From Klebsiella phage vbKpUKJ_2, in the sequence record PQ505130.1: a stretch of 49,656 nucleotides of DNA; one strand, given 5' to 3'. The notes below the pieces were generated by a model. It had not been told where the DNA came from. It made no database searches and worked only from the letters and a program-made list of their open reading frames with translations. Positions 16,557 through 24,732 of this stretch are shown piece by piece. Position 1 is the stretch's first letter. Every line of letters begins with the position of its first letter. The translations under genes were made by a program, and so were the position numbers.

Positions 16557-17245
16557 CAGACAAGGTTATTTACTGCATGTTCGACGGCTCCGGCATCATG
16601 GGCCTGCCGTGGGCTATCAAGGGATGCAAGGTGTACTGTTTCAATGCCGACTCCGGCGACCACGGAGAATATAGCATCCGAATGGTTCACCCCAATATCC
16701 AGTATGTTAACATTTGGATTGACAAGGATTTTGACGTGAAGCGATCTATTCTAGGCATTCCAGATCCCGACTTCATTTTCGCTTTCCCGTCATGCACGCT
16801 GTTAGCGCATAGCGGAATCAAGCACGTAAGGCAAGATAATGACGTTCTATCAGCCGCAGATGACGCGAAGATGGTCGAACGCCTGGGCAACGAGTATGGT
16901 TGCCCCTGGATGGTCGAAAACCCGGTCGGAAAATTGTCGACACTATGGCGCAAGCCTGACTTCTATTTTCACCCGCGCGACTTCGGCGGCTATGTTTCTC
17001 CGAACGAGCCTGTGTGGCATCCCAAAATGCCCCACTGTGACAATTACACGAAGAAAACGTGCATATGGCACGGAAACGGTTTTGTCGAACCGAAACGGCT
17101 CCCGCCGCCGGATGGAGTAGAAGGCGTGAATTTCTTTTGGGCCTGGAAGTTTTTGGGCGGAAGGTCAGAAAGGACTAAAATGCTGCGCTCCATTACTCCG
17201 CGAGGTTTTGCCCGCGCCGTGTTCCAGGCGAATTATCGAGAATAG
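16541..17245 (+). CDS. minimal DNA cytosine-C5 methyltransferase-like protein
   Basis: Motifs in canonical C5-MTase order: CMFDGSGIMG (motif I, FxGxG), FAFPSCTLLAHSG (motif IV, PC), WMVENPVG (motif VI, ENV). At 234 aa it is short for the family. Start at 16541, or at 16553 which is ATGA-coupled. Confidence 0.4.
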   Translation: MVDGMTDKVIYCMFDGSGIMGLPWAIKGCKVYCFNADSGDHGEYSIRMVHPNIQYVNIWIDKDFDVKRSILGIPDPDFIFAFPSCTLLAHSGIKHVRQDNDVLSAADDAKMVERLGNEYGCPWMVENPVGKLSTLWRKPDFYFHPRDFGGYVSPNEPVWHPKMPHCDNYTKKTCIWHGNGFVEPKRLPPPDGVEGVNFFWAWKFLGGRSERTKMLRSITPRGFARAVFQANYRE

Positions 17246-17285
17246 CACGAATTGCTAAAACTACCCGGCGAAAGTCGGGTAGCAT
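17242..17285 (+). promoter_or_regulatory. dyad promoter cassette
   Basis: ATAGCACGAATTGCTAAAAC, 22 nt with hairpin CTACCCGGCGAAAGTCGGGTAG, then TAGCAT, then TACCCCATCGAAACG. Confidence 0.45.
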
Positions 17286-17317
17286 TACCCCATCGAAACG
17301 CAACGGAGTAAACGGAA

Positions 17318-17521
17318 ATGAAATTTATTATCTTGATGATGTTAACTATTTTGTGTATGTCCGGGCCTGGTGGTTTTATCTTTGCCGTCATGCTGTTAGT
17401 TGTTGCAGGGATTATTGATGTTCGCCATCATCATGTAATGACCGATTTAAGACTTAACCGCCTGATTAATGATCTTAAAATTGCTTGCGAGAACATAGAA
17501 ATAAAGGTGGTGAAGAAATGA
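17318..17521 (+). CDS. small membrane protein (AT-rich island gene 1)
   Basis: 67 aa with two hydrophobic helices LMMLTILCMSGPGGFIFAVMLLVVAGII. Local GC clearly below genome average. Confidence 0.4.
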   Translation: MKFIILMMLTILCMSGPGGFIFAVMLLVVAGIIDVRHHHVMTDLRLNRLINDLKIACENIEIKVVKK

Positions 17522-17700
17522 TATCTCAAAAACTCGCCGAAGTATGCCGCGAAGTTCTCAGGATGAATAATGGCGGCGCAACCCTGGCTGCGATGCAAAA
17601 TAAAATTGAGTCGCACGTTGGCTTTAAATTGAGTTGCAGAAATAAAGCTGACTTTCTGGATCTGGTTAACCTGTATATCGAGATAGGAGAAGGAAAATAA
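17518..17700 (+). CDS. hypothetical small protein (AT-rich island gene 2)
   Basis: 60 aa, ATGA overlap with gene 1. Confidence 0.35.
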   Translation: MISQKLAEVCREVLRMNNGGATLAAMQNKIESHVGFKLSCRNKADFLDLVNLYIEIGEGK

Positions 17701-18138
17701 ATGGCGAAGTCAATCAAGATTAAATGCACGTCAAGCCGCGCTGTTAATATCCACGAAAATAACCTTTATTCCGCCCGCGTCGACGATGAAGGAAATGTGT
17801 CAATGATGGTATATGACAGCGTCGAACTGAAGAAGAAGCGCGTTATTTTGTCGGTAGGCGTTAGCGGCGAGTTGTTTATTGCTGGCGACGGCGGAGCGGC
17901 GATTGCGACGTTCATCGAACTCAAAACCAAAACGCTAAAATGCGTAGGCCTTGACCATAGCAACCCGATGAAAAAATCCTTCAGCGTCGGCAAGCGCTAC
18001 CAGGTAGAAAGCGGTCGTGCGCTCGGTGCGGTTGCTGGATATATCTTCGATCGTGATGGATGCCGCTGGACGCTGTACCGCGAGGAAGTTGGCTTCAGTG
18101 TATCGGACGGAACGACTTTCGAAGCTAAATACCTGTGA
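17701..18138 (+). CDS. hypothetical protein (AT-rich island gene 3)
   Basis: 145 aa. TAAATG junction with gene 2. Confidence 0.4.
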   Translation: MAKSIKIKCTSSRAVNIHENNLYSARVDDEGNVSMMVYDSVELKKKRVILSVGVSGELFIAGDGGAAIATFIELKTKTLKCVGLDHSNPMKKSFSVGKRYQVESGRALGAVAGYIFDRDGCRWTLYREEVGFSVSDGTTFEAKYL

Positions 18139-18263
18139 CGGGTTCGGGGCCATGCGCCCCGATAATCCAAGCGCGTTTTTCAAGCGTGTTTAGATTATCA
18201 CTGGATCTCGGATTTAATACGGCATATGATTAGCCGAACGATTAACCAATCAGGAGCAAGGGC

Positions 18264-19832
18264 ATGTTTTTAAATGACCGCGTATCGCCGCAAGATATTA
18301 TCGCCATCGCAGAAAGGGAGGGGATCAGTCCCCTGCGCGTTGCGATTCGTGCGAACGGGTATCGTGACTCCGTTTCATTCTGGCCAAAGCCCAAAGATAT
18401 CGACGTAAACGCGGATAAATACCCAACAATCTCGATCGCAAATGATTACGATGTGGTCGGCAAGCTGGCGCTCAATGCCGCCCGATCTGTTCAGTTCCCG
18501 GAATCATCCGCTTACATGCACTTTCTCGGAACCGTATCCGCCGCGATGATGGGTCGCTTTTGGGTCGAGTACCACGGCAGCGAGCAACCGACAACACTTT
18601 ACGTCATCACGTCGCAGCCGCCTTCCGCTGGTAAGTCTGCCATTAACTCGCTGGCCATCGATCCGATCGTGGCCGAAGTCGAGCGCATTAACGAGTCGCG
18701 CAAGAAGGAGCGTAAGAAAATCATGGCGAAGCTGTCCGCCAACAAGCAGGCGCTAAAAGGGGAGTTATCGCAATCTGATATGGTGAAACTTTTCGAAGAT
18801 CGTGACGAACTGGAAGAGAAACTTGAAAAATTATGTGATCTAACTTTCCCGGTATCCGATACAACGCCAGAAGGCCTGGCGAAGATTAACAACCGCCAGG
18901 GAAACTTTGCCGTTATCTCGGATGAGGCGACGGCGGTTAACAGCCTGTTAGGGATCACGTATGGCAACGACGGCGGCAAGAAGACGAACAGCGAACTGGT
19001 GCTCAAAGCATGGGATAAAGGCCACGTATCGATCGCTCGTGCCGACGTTAGCAATAATATGTCATTCGTGGCTTTGGGCTGCATTTGCGTAATTGCACAG
19101 GATGAAACCATCGACGCCATCATGCAGGCTGGTTCTCGCGGGATCGGTGTCTCGGAGCGTTTCCTTTTGGTTCGTGAGCAAACCCGTTTGGGTGAGCGCG
19201 TGTTCATCGACGAAAACGGGAATTCAACATATGAGCCAATCGACCAGTCACTGAAGGCAGATTACTTCCGGCTGATTCATGACATTATGAGCGAATCAAA
19301 CGTTAAGTTGCAGGTTACGGATGCAGCCATGCGGAGACTGAATAAGGCCCGCCAGGAGTTAGAACCGGAGTTAGGCGACGGCGGCAAGTATTCGCATACA
19401 ATGCTTCGCGGTGCGATGGGTAAGTTTGATAAGCAGGTTATGCGTCTAGCGTCCGTGATTCACACGATCCGGAACTGGCAACCAGGCGGGAAGCGCTCGA
19501 AGAAGATCGACACGGCGACCATTGACGAAGCGATCATCATGTTCCATGAATTGAGCAAAACGTATTTGTCGTCGGCTGACTCTTCCGGCTTTGCTGGTGA
19601 GGGAGCGGAAATTAAAGCGCTGTATGACGTTATCGCCAGTCGTTGCAAACAGGCAAAAGGTGTTATGACCGTCCAGGGCATTTATAACGCCTGCCGCAAC
19701 CTGAAGATCTTCAAAGGCCAGGCCGGGGTGAGCAAAAAGATTAAGGAACGCTTATTGCCGAAGATGGAGGAATTAGGCTTTATCTGCGTGATGGATTCCG
19801 AAGTCTTTATCAACCCGTCGTTCATGAGGTAA
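18264..19832 (+). CDS. large hypothetical protein with deviant P-loop (possibly YfjI/DUF3987-like)
   Basis: 522 aa, RBS AGGAG. Motif YVITSQPPSAGKSAINSLAIDPI resembles a degenerate Walker A. Family name is recalled, not verified. Confidence 0.4.
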   Translation: MFLNDRVSPQDIIAIAEREGISPLRVAIRANGYRDSVSFWPKPKDIDVNADKYPTISIANDYDVVGKLALNAARSVQFPESSAYMHFLGTVSAAMMGRFWVEYHGSEQPTTLYVITSQPPSAGKSAINSLAIDPIVAEVERINESRKKERKKIMAKLSANKQALKGELSQSDMVKLFEDRDELEEKLEKLCDLTFPVSDTTPEGLAKINNRQGNFAVISDEATAVNSLLGITYGNDGGKKTNSELVLKAWDKGHVSIARADVSNNMSFVALGCICVIAQDETIDAIMQAGSRGIGVSERFLLVREQTRLGERVFIDENGNSTYEPIDQSLKADYFRLIHDIMSESNVKLQVTDAAMRRLNKARQELEPELGDGGKYSHTMLRGAMGKFDKQVMRLASVIHTIRNWQPGGKRSKKIDTATIDEAIIMFHELSKTYLSSADSSGFAGEGAEIKALYDVIASRCKQAKGVMTVQGIYNACRNLKIFKGQAGVSKKIKERLLPKMEELGFICVMDSEVFINPSFMR

Positions 19833-20297
19833 TTGATGTTCATTCTTGACATTTACAAGTTCTGCGAATCTCGCCGGGAGTTCACCCGGCAGGATTTTGC
19901 GAAGTTCGTTTACACGCACCGCGAAGCGCCTCGCCTGGCAAAAGCCGCCAACGTGTCGCAACGCATGTTCGCCTCAATGGTCTCTAAGGAGTTTTTAGCG
20001 CGAAGCTATACGAATGGATACCTTGACGGAAAAAACGGCGCTGTGTGGTGTACGGGGCCGGATAACAGGGAGATAGGCTTTGATTTCCGGTCGTTCGATG
20101 GGATGGATAACCGATATATGTGGGAGATGATGCACCTTGACCAACTCAGTGATGAACAGCTTTTCGGGAAACCAGGTGGAAGATCTGATAACGGAAGTTC
20201 ACAGGCTTGTTTGCGTGAAACAGATCACACCAGAAAATTACTTGCGTGCCGCGCTCATCTTGCTCTATCAAGGAATGGCCGCAACCAACACGGTTGA
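19833..20297 (+). CDS. hypothetical protein (5' part of a possibly frameshifted gene)
   Basis: The frame degenerates into R/H-rich low-complexity sequence after about residue 105. Confidence 0.3.
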   Translation: MMFILDIYKFCESRREFTRQDFAKFVYTHREAPRLAKAANVSQRMFASMVSKEFLARSYTNGYLDGKNGAVWCTGPDNREIGFDFRSFDGMDNRYMWEMMHLDQLSDEQLFGKPGGRSDNGSSQACLRETDHTRKLLACRAHLALSRNGRNQHG

Positions 20298-20355
20298 ACA
20301 TGGTCTTAACGATGAAGATGGAGTAGCGCTATTGCACGTCAAGCGGTACATATAG
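20137..20355 (+). CDS. hypothetical protein (3' part, or independent overlapping gene)
   Basis: Ends 3 nt before the bidirectional terminator. Overlaps 19833..20297 in another frame. Confidence 0.3.
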   Translation: MTNSVMNSFSGNQVEDLITEVHRLVCVKQITPENYLRAALILLYQGMAATNTVEHGLNDEDGVALLHVKRYI

Positions 20356-20386
20356 AAAAAGGGGCATTACGCCCCTTTGTTTTTTC
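20356..20386. terminator. bidirectional rho-independent terminator
   Basis: A5 then GGGGCATTACGCCCC then T-rich run. Sits between the convergent blocks. Confidence 0.6.
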
Positions 20387-20792
20387 GTTCCCGCCAAAGA
20401 CCGAACACCCCGATCGCCAGAATTACCACCCCAACACCACCAATCAGCCACGGAATCAGGCTTCCGCTTTCATCGTTACGAATCTCGATCTTGTCCGCCG
20501 TAATCTGGTTGGCGTGAATGCTGGAGGTCGTTACAGATTTCTTGTTCGACGTGTCAACCTTCCCTACCGCAGACTCTTTGAACGTGGTCTCCTGTTTGCT
20601 TGAGGTGTCAGTTTTGTTCGTCACGCCAACCGCCTGTTTCACGTTCTCCGCGCCGACTTGCGCCGTCATATCCGGCTTGCTGCCCACCAGATCGGAAAGG
20701 ATCGGGACGCTGGAAGCGCAACCGGAAACGACGGCAGCCGCCCACACGATAAAGCCGATGGCCAGCGCTCGTTGAAAGTTTAATGTGCTCAT
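20367..20792 (-). CDS. unimolecular spanin (u-spanin)
   Basis: 141 aa. N-terminal lipoprotein signal with lipobox VVSGC, and a C-terminal TM helix [22 protein letters not shown]. Immediately downstream of endolysin. Confidence 0.5.
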   Translation of the reverse strand: MSTLNFQRALAIGFIVWAAAVVSGCASSVPILSDLVGSKPDMTAQVGAENVKQAVGVTNKTDTSSKQETTFKESAVGKVDTSNKKSVTTSSIHANQITADKIEIRNDESGSLIPWLIGGVGVVILAIGVFGLWRERKNKGA

Positions 20793-21271
20793 TTCAGATC
20801 CTTAATGCATAGTTGATATTCCTGAACCCGGCGATTATGCAAGCCTTTCGACTTCTCCATCTTTCCCGTTTTCGGGTTGCGGTAGTACGTCCAGCGATAT
20901 AGCTGCTCGCACGCCTCGCGCAATCGGCCCTGGTTCGTTAATTTCAGCATGGTGCTGCCAGAATATGCGCCGCCGCCAGCGTTGAACGTAAAGCTGTACA
21001 TCGACGCCCTGAAGGTGTCCGGAACATCGACTTTGATTTTGCTGTCAACGGTTCGCTTCGCCACCTGGATATGCTTGGTTAAAAGCGCGTCGCACTCTGA
21101 CCGGGTATAGGTTTTCCCCTTGATAACGTCCGGGCCTGTGATGCCTTCGCATACAGTTGGAACGCCAGCGATATCCGTATAAACCTTGTATTTCGTGTCC
21201 TCCACTTTGGGGAGGAACGCGACCGCGATCGCCACCGCCGCCGCGAATGTAACCCGCGTTTTAATCCCCAT
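20789..21271 (-). CDS. endolysin (lysozyme-like glycoside hydrolase)
   Basis: 160 aa. Motif [24 protein letters not shown] and conserved lysozyme-fold features. Between holin and spanin. Confidence 0.6.
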   Translation of the reverse strand: MGIKTRVTFAAAVAIAVAFLPKVEDTKYKVYTDIAGVPTVCEGITGPDVIKGKTYTRSECDALLTKHIQVAKRTVDSKIKVDVPDTFRASMYSFTFNAGGGAYSGSTMLKLTNQGRLREACEQLYRWTYYRNPKTGKMEKSKGLHNRRVQEYQLCIKDLK

Positions 21272-21272
21272 G

Positions 21273-21497
21273 TTATTTACTCCTGATCTTCACCGCCGTT
21301 TTGATATCCCCGGCTTCCAGCGCTTCACGAAGCGCCTTTGAATCTCGCCAGCGCAACCACGCGCCGAAGGAGCCGAATAGAATCATGAAAAATAAGCCAA
21401 TGGCAGCAATGATTAATTGCCCGGTTGCAGATCCCGCGAGGGCAACGCCACCGCTGCTATTGGTTGCCGCGTTGATGAACTCTCGCATGATATGCAA
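21273..21497 (-). CDS. holin
   Basis: 74 aa. TM segment [21 protein letters not shown] with charged C-terminus. RBS AGAGG. Confidence 0.5.
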   Translation of the reverse strand: MHIMREFINAATNSSGGVALAGSATGQLIIAAIGLFFMILFGSFGAWLRWRDSKALREALEAGDIKTAVKIRSK

Positions 21498-21552
21498 CCT
21501 CTGTTAGTTAAATGGTAAGGTGATGATATATGCATTAGGCCAAATTAAGAAC

Positions 21553-21578
21553 AAAAAAAAGGAACCCATCAAGGTTCC
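21553..21578 (-). terminator. rho-independent terminator upstream of lysis cassette
   Basis: Minus-strand hairpin GGAACCTTGATGGGTTCC followed by T8. Confidence 0.5.
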
Positions 21579-21613
21579 CAATAGTTAAGGTGATGATAAT
21601 AAAGGCATTAACT

Positions 21614-22195
21614 TTATAATTTTAATGCAACATCCGACACCATATCAAGGATTTTTTGCGCGTCATCTTCCGGCTCGCCAGTGGTCATATCAAAATCGAG
21701 TTCATGGTAAGTGTCGCAAATAAGATCCGGGCGTCGAATATGCTTGCGGCTATCACCCTCAAAGGTCATGCCGTCACGATGAAGGCGGACGACAAATACG
21801 TTAAGCGCCTCATGCGCTGCTACGTGCTCGACCTCCTCATCAAAACCGCCGTCGCTGACGATGCAGTTAAACGGCGAGGTTAGCGCTGAATCGCAAAGCA
21901 ACTTGCCGAACTGATTTTTGCCCAGGGTCGGCTTGACGAAGTTTTCGCTAATGTGAATCATGAATTCACGCGGAGAACGGTCGCCCAAAAAATCGCATTT
22001 CACTTCTTTGTGCTTGCGGTCGTGGTATCGGGCAGTAAAGCGTGCAAAATCAGCAGATCCCAGCACAGCACGAGCAACGGCAAACATCGGCTGTTTGAAG
22101 CTAAGGTTCTTGTATTCCCACTTCCGCGAGATGATTTCCGCGATAGTGTCCTTTCCGATGCCCGGCGCTCCGTTGAGGATAATTACATTTTTCAT
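21614..22195 (-). CDS. P-loop polynucleotide 5'-kinase-like protein
   Basis: Walker A GAPGIGKDT at residues 9-17. ATGA-coupled to the upstream HAD phosphatase. Confidence 0.5.
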   Translation of the reverse strand: MKNVIILNGAPGIGKDTIAEIISRKWEYKNLSFKQPMFAVARAVLGSADFARFTARYHDRKHKEVKCDFLGDRSPREFMIHISENFVKPTLGKNQFGKLLCDSALTSPFNCIVSDGGFDEEVEHVAAHEALNVFVVRLHRDGMTFEGDSRKHIRRPDLICDTYHELDFDMTTGEPEDDAQKILDMVSDVALKL

Positions 22196-22680
22196 TTGTC
22201 TACTCCGTGAGATTTCAAGTGCTCGTGAAGATTTTCGCCGTAGTCGCAGACCTGGTAAGTCGTGATACCCAGGCCGCGCAAGTGCGCAATAACATTGGGA
22301 GAATCATCCCATGCCGCAACAATGCGATCAAGTCCGATTTTGCGTAACTCCTCCTCCTTGATTACCGTGTCTTTACGGTTATCGCTGGCGCGGCGCATGA
22401 TTAGACTGTCATATTTTACCCCGTAGCGGTCAAGCCAAATCATTGTTTCGGTCTTCACCTCATCGGATCGCCCGGTCAGGATGATAACGGTCATTCCGGA
22501 TCGATAAAGCGCATTCGCCACGTCAATAGTGCTTTGGATTGGGCTGTCTCCAATTGACGCGCCATTAAATTCGCTCCAACTTTCTGTAAGGTGGAGATCT
22601 TTTTTCGGCAGCAGGTGCAAGCGGTGGGTTCCGTCGGAAAGCGTGCCATCGAGATCGAAAATACAGATATTTCTATTCAT
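22192..22680 (-). CDS. HAD-family phosphatase (polynucleotide 3'-phosphatase-like)
   Basis: DxDGT motif ICIFDLDGTLSD at the N-terminus. ATG at 22680 with RBS AGGAAAA. Confidence 0.5.
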   Translation of the reverse strand: MNRNICIFDLDGTLSDGTHRLHLLPKKDLHLTESWSEFNGASIGDSPIQSTIDVANALYRSGMTVIILTGRSDEVKTETMIWLDRYGVKYDSLIMRRASDNRKDTVIKEEELRKIGLDRIVAAWDDSPNVIAHLRGLGITTYQVCDYGENLHEHLKSHGVDK

Positions 22681-22717
22681 CGGTTTTCCTTGTTGGCCCC
22701 TCGCGGGGCCGTTGTGG

Positions 22718-23848
22718 TTACATGTTAGGACGGTAGATAAAGCGACCGACCTCGCCATAGTCTTTGCTGTACAGAATCACCGCAGCCTGCCGATAGGAGC
22801 GCCAACCACCGCGAGCGGCGTAAGCGTCTTTGGCCCCTAACTGGCCATGCACTTCGTCAATGCCTAACGAGTGTTCCGTTACAGTCTGGTGATGCCAGTG
22901 GCCGGAATGCGTGTAAATGTAGTCGCACTGTCCGAACTCCTTACGGAAGTCGGTAGCCATCGCAGCAAGGCGCGTTTCTGGCTTTTTCATCGTGTGGCCA
23001 TGCGTATAGCCCAGCATGGTTTTGCCCCACAAGGTGCGATGCAGGATCGCCGGGCTAACATCAACGAAAACGCGAGGCTCATTCTCATAGAACGCCGCCA
23101 GCGCTGCGCGTAGCCAAATCATCCCGGCCTGGTCGTGGTTGCCTTCAATCACCTGCACTTCAACTTCTGCATGATTGTTAAGCAGTAGCGACACTGCGCG
23201 ACGCAGCGAACGAATGGCAACATAAACAAGTTTTGCGTATCGGCTATCCTGATCGAGAACGTGACCGCTTGCCGGGGTTACTGCGTCCAGGCCGTCACTG
23301 TGAAGGAAGTCACCGCCGACCAACAAAACCGCCTTTTGTGATTGCGGAGCCACCGAAACGGAATAATCAAAGAAGCGGTTTAGAACCTTCTCAGCCGTGC
23401 TGGTGTCATAGTTCTCGCCGCATTCGTGCTTGTGCGCCATCGCCCCGATATGCAAGTCGAAGATCGGGTACAGGGCAAGCTGATCTTCAATGTAGAACTT
23501 CGATTCATCCAGCGGTTGCGGTTCGGCTCGCGGAAGGTCTTCGCAGAAAGCCGCCTGCGCCGCCTCCATAAGCGCAACCATGCGATCGCGGTCTACTTCC
23601 GACTTAACCCACCGAACGACCTCGGAGCCGTCCGCGCGAATCATCGTCGACGTGCCTTTGACGCCGAAGCCGTCCGGGATATGCTTCGCAACGTGGGCGT
23701 TTCCGTGTAGGTGTCCTTGTCGTGCAAGTCGAACGCCGCGACGTTCAACGCTTCGAATGTTCATGCCGAACTCTTCCGCGATCTCGCGGTATGTTTTGCC
23801 CTCTTCGCGGGCGGCAAGGAATTCTTCATCTGTGATCTTAGGTGACAT
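22718..23848 (-). CDS. metallophosphoesterase (calcineurin-like) with N-terminal HTH domain
   Basis: N-terminal DEEFLAAREEGKTYREIAEEFGMNIRSVER is HTH-like. Phosphoesterase motifs GGDFLHSDG and IEGNHDQAG. Confidence 0.5.
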   Translation of the reverse strand: MSPKITDEEFLAAREEGKTYREIAEEFGMNIRSVERRGVRLARQGHLHGNAHVAKHIPDGFGVKGTSTMIRADGSEVVRWVKSEVDRDRMVALMEAAQAAFCEDLPRAEPQPLDESKFYIEDQLALYPIFDLHIGAMAHKHECGENYDTSTAEKVLNRFFDYSVSVAPQSQKAVLLVGGDFLHSDGLDAVTPASGHVLDQDSRYAKLVYVAIRSLRRAVSLLLNNHAEVEVQVIEGNHDQAGMIWLRAALAAFYENEPRVFVDVSPAILHRTLWGKTMLGYTHGHTMKKPETRLAAMATDFRKEFGQCDYIYTHSGHWHHQTVTEHSLGIDEVHGQLGAKDAYAARGGWRSYRQAAVILYSKDYGEVGRFIYRPNM

Positions 23849-23943
23849 AATTTATCCCAATTGAATTGCATAGTTAATGATTGCGATCGTAAACAGAATC
23901 GCCGTAAATAAGATCGCAATATATCGCATTCTTCACGCCCTCG

Positions 23944-24195
23944 CTACTTGTAATATTTCTTCTGCTGCTTCGACTCGTGGATGAACATCTTCAGCGCGTC
24001 TGCCTCCGCTCGCGTTGCCACTGCTATTCGCGTGCGCTTCACCGGGCGCTCGTGTAGATAGGTGAGCTTCCCACCAAAAATAATTGATATATCTTTGATA
24101 TCGAAATACTTTGCGATCTTCACGATATCATCACTTATTCCAGCTTCTTTTGCGTGCTGCCATACGGCAGCGCGACCAGTCTCGACAATCATCAT
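23944..24195 (-). CDS. hypothetical protein
   Basis: 83-aa ORF. Confidence 0.3.
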   Translation of the reverse strand: MMIVETGRAAVWQHAKEAGISDDIVKIAKYFDIKDISIIFGGKLTYLHERPVKRTRIAVATRAEADALKMFIHESKQQKKYYK

Positions 24196-24428
24196 TCGTC
24201 ACCGTAAATGCAAAAACCTTCGGCCATTTGCTCATACATGGACACACTTTCAAGGCCGTACCCGGCGCGAAGATAAATCTCACCTACCACACCATCAAGG
24301 CCATTCTCTGAAGGGTTCGCCATGTAGTCGGCCATGCACAGGCGAGAAAGGTTAACCAGGTGGCGCGATACTACTTGCGCTTTTACTGGTACGATCTTGA
24401 TGGTGTCTGCAATGGTTTTGGTTTTCAT
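24192..24428 (-). CDS. hypothetical protein
   Basis: 78 aa, downstream of dyad cassette. Confidence 0.35.
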   Translation of the reverse strand: MKTKTIADTIKIVPVKAQVVSRHLVNLSRLCMADYMANPSENGLDGVVGEIYLRAGYGLESVSMYEQMAEGFCIYGDE

Positions 24429-24458
24429 GGCGTTTGCTCCTGATTGGTTGATGGCGTA

Positions 24459-24502
24459 ATAATACCCGCACGCGGCGGGTATTGTTTAGCAATTAGTGCT
24501 GT
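24459..24502 (-). promoter_or_regulatory. dyad promoter cassette
   Basis: ACAGCACTAATTGCTAAAC, 22 nt with hairpin CCCGCCGCGTGCGGG, then TATTAT. Confidence 0.45.
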
Positions 24503-24729
24503 TTTGCGAAATACTCCGCGCCTTCATGCGATTTAAACTCAATCAATTCTCGTTCAAGAATTTCTGGCCAGTCAGCGACCGGGGTTCCGTTGTCCATGAA
24601 CTCCATGTAGGTTCCGTCGATGGTGTCAGCAAAGGCTAACTTTTCCTCATCCGTCCCAATGAAGCCGTATTTGTCCAGCAATTCAACCACGATCCGAAGA
24701 TACTCGGTGAAAGATTCTATCTGTTCCAT
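24493..24729 (-). CDS. hypothetical acidic protein
   Basis: 78 aa, rich in Glu and Asp. Confidence 0.35.
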   Translation of the reverse strand: MEQIESFTEYLRIVVELLDKYGFIGTDEEKLAFADTIDGTYMEFMDNGTPVADWPEILERELIEFKSHEGAEYFAKQH

Positions 24730-24732
24730 TTT

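Noticed and set aside
18599-19207. 202-aa minus-strand ORF
   Set aside because: Antisense to the well-supported 522-aa gene. The product is Ser-rich and junk-like.
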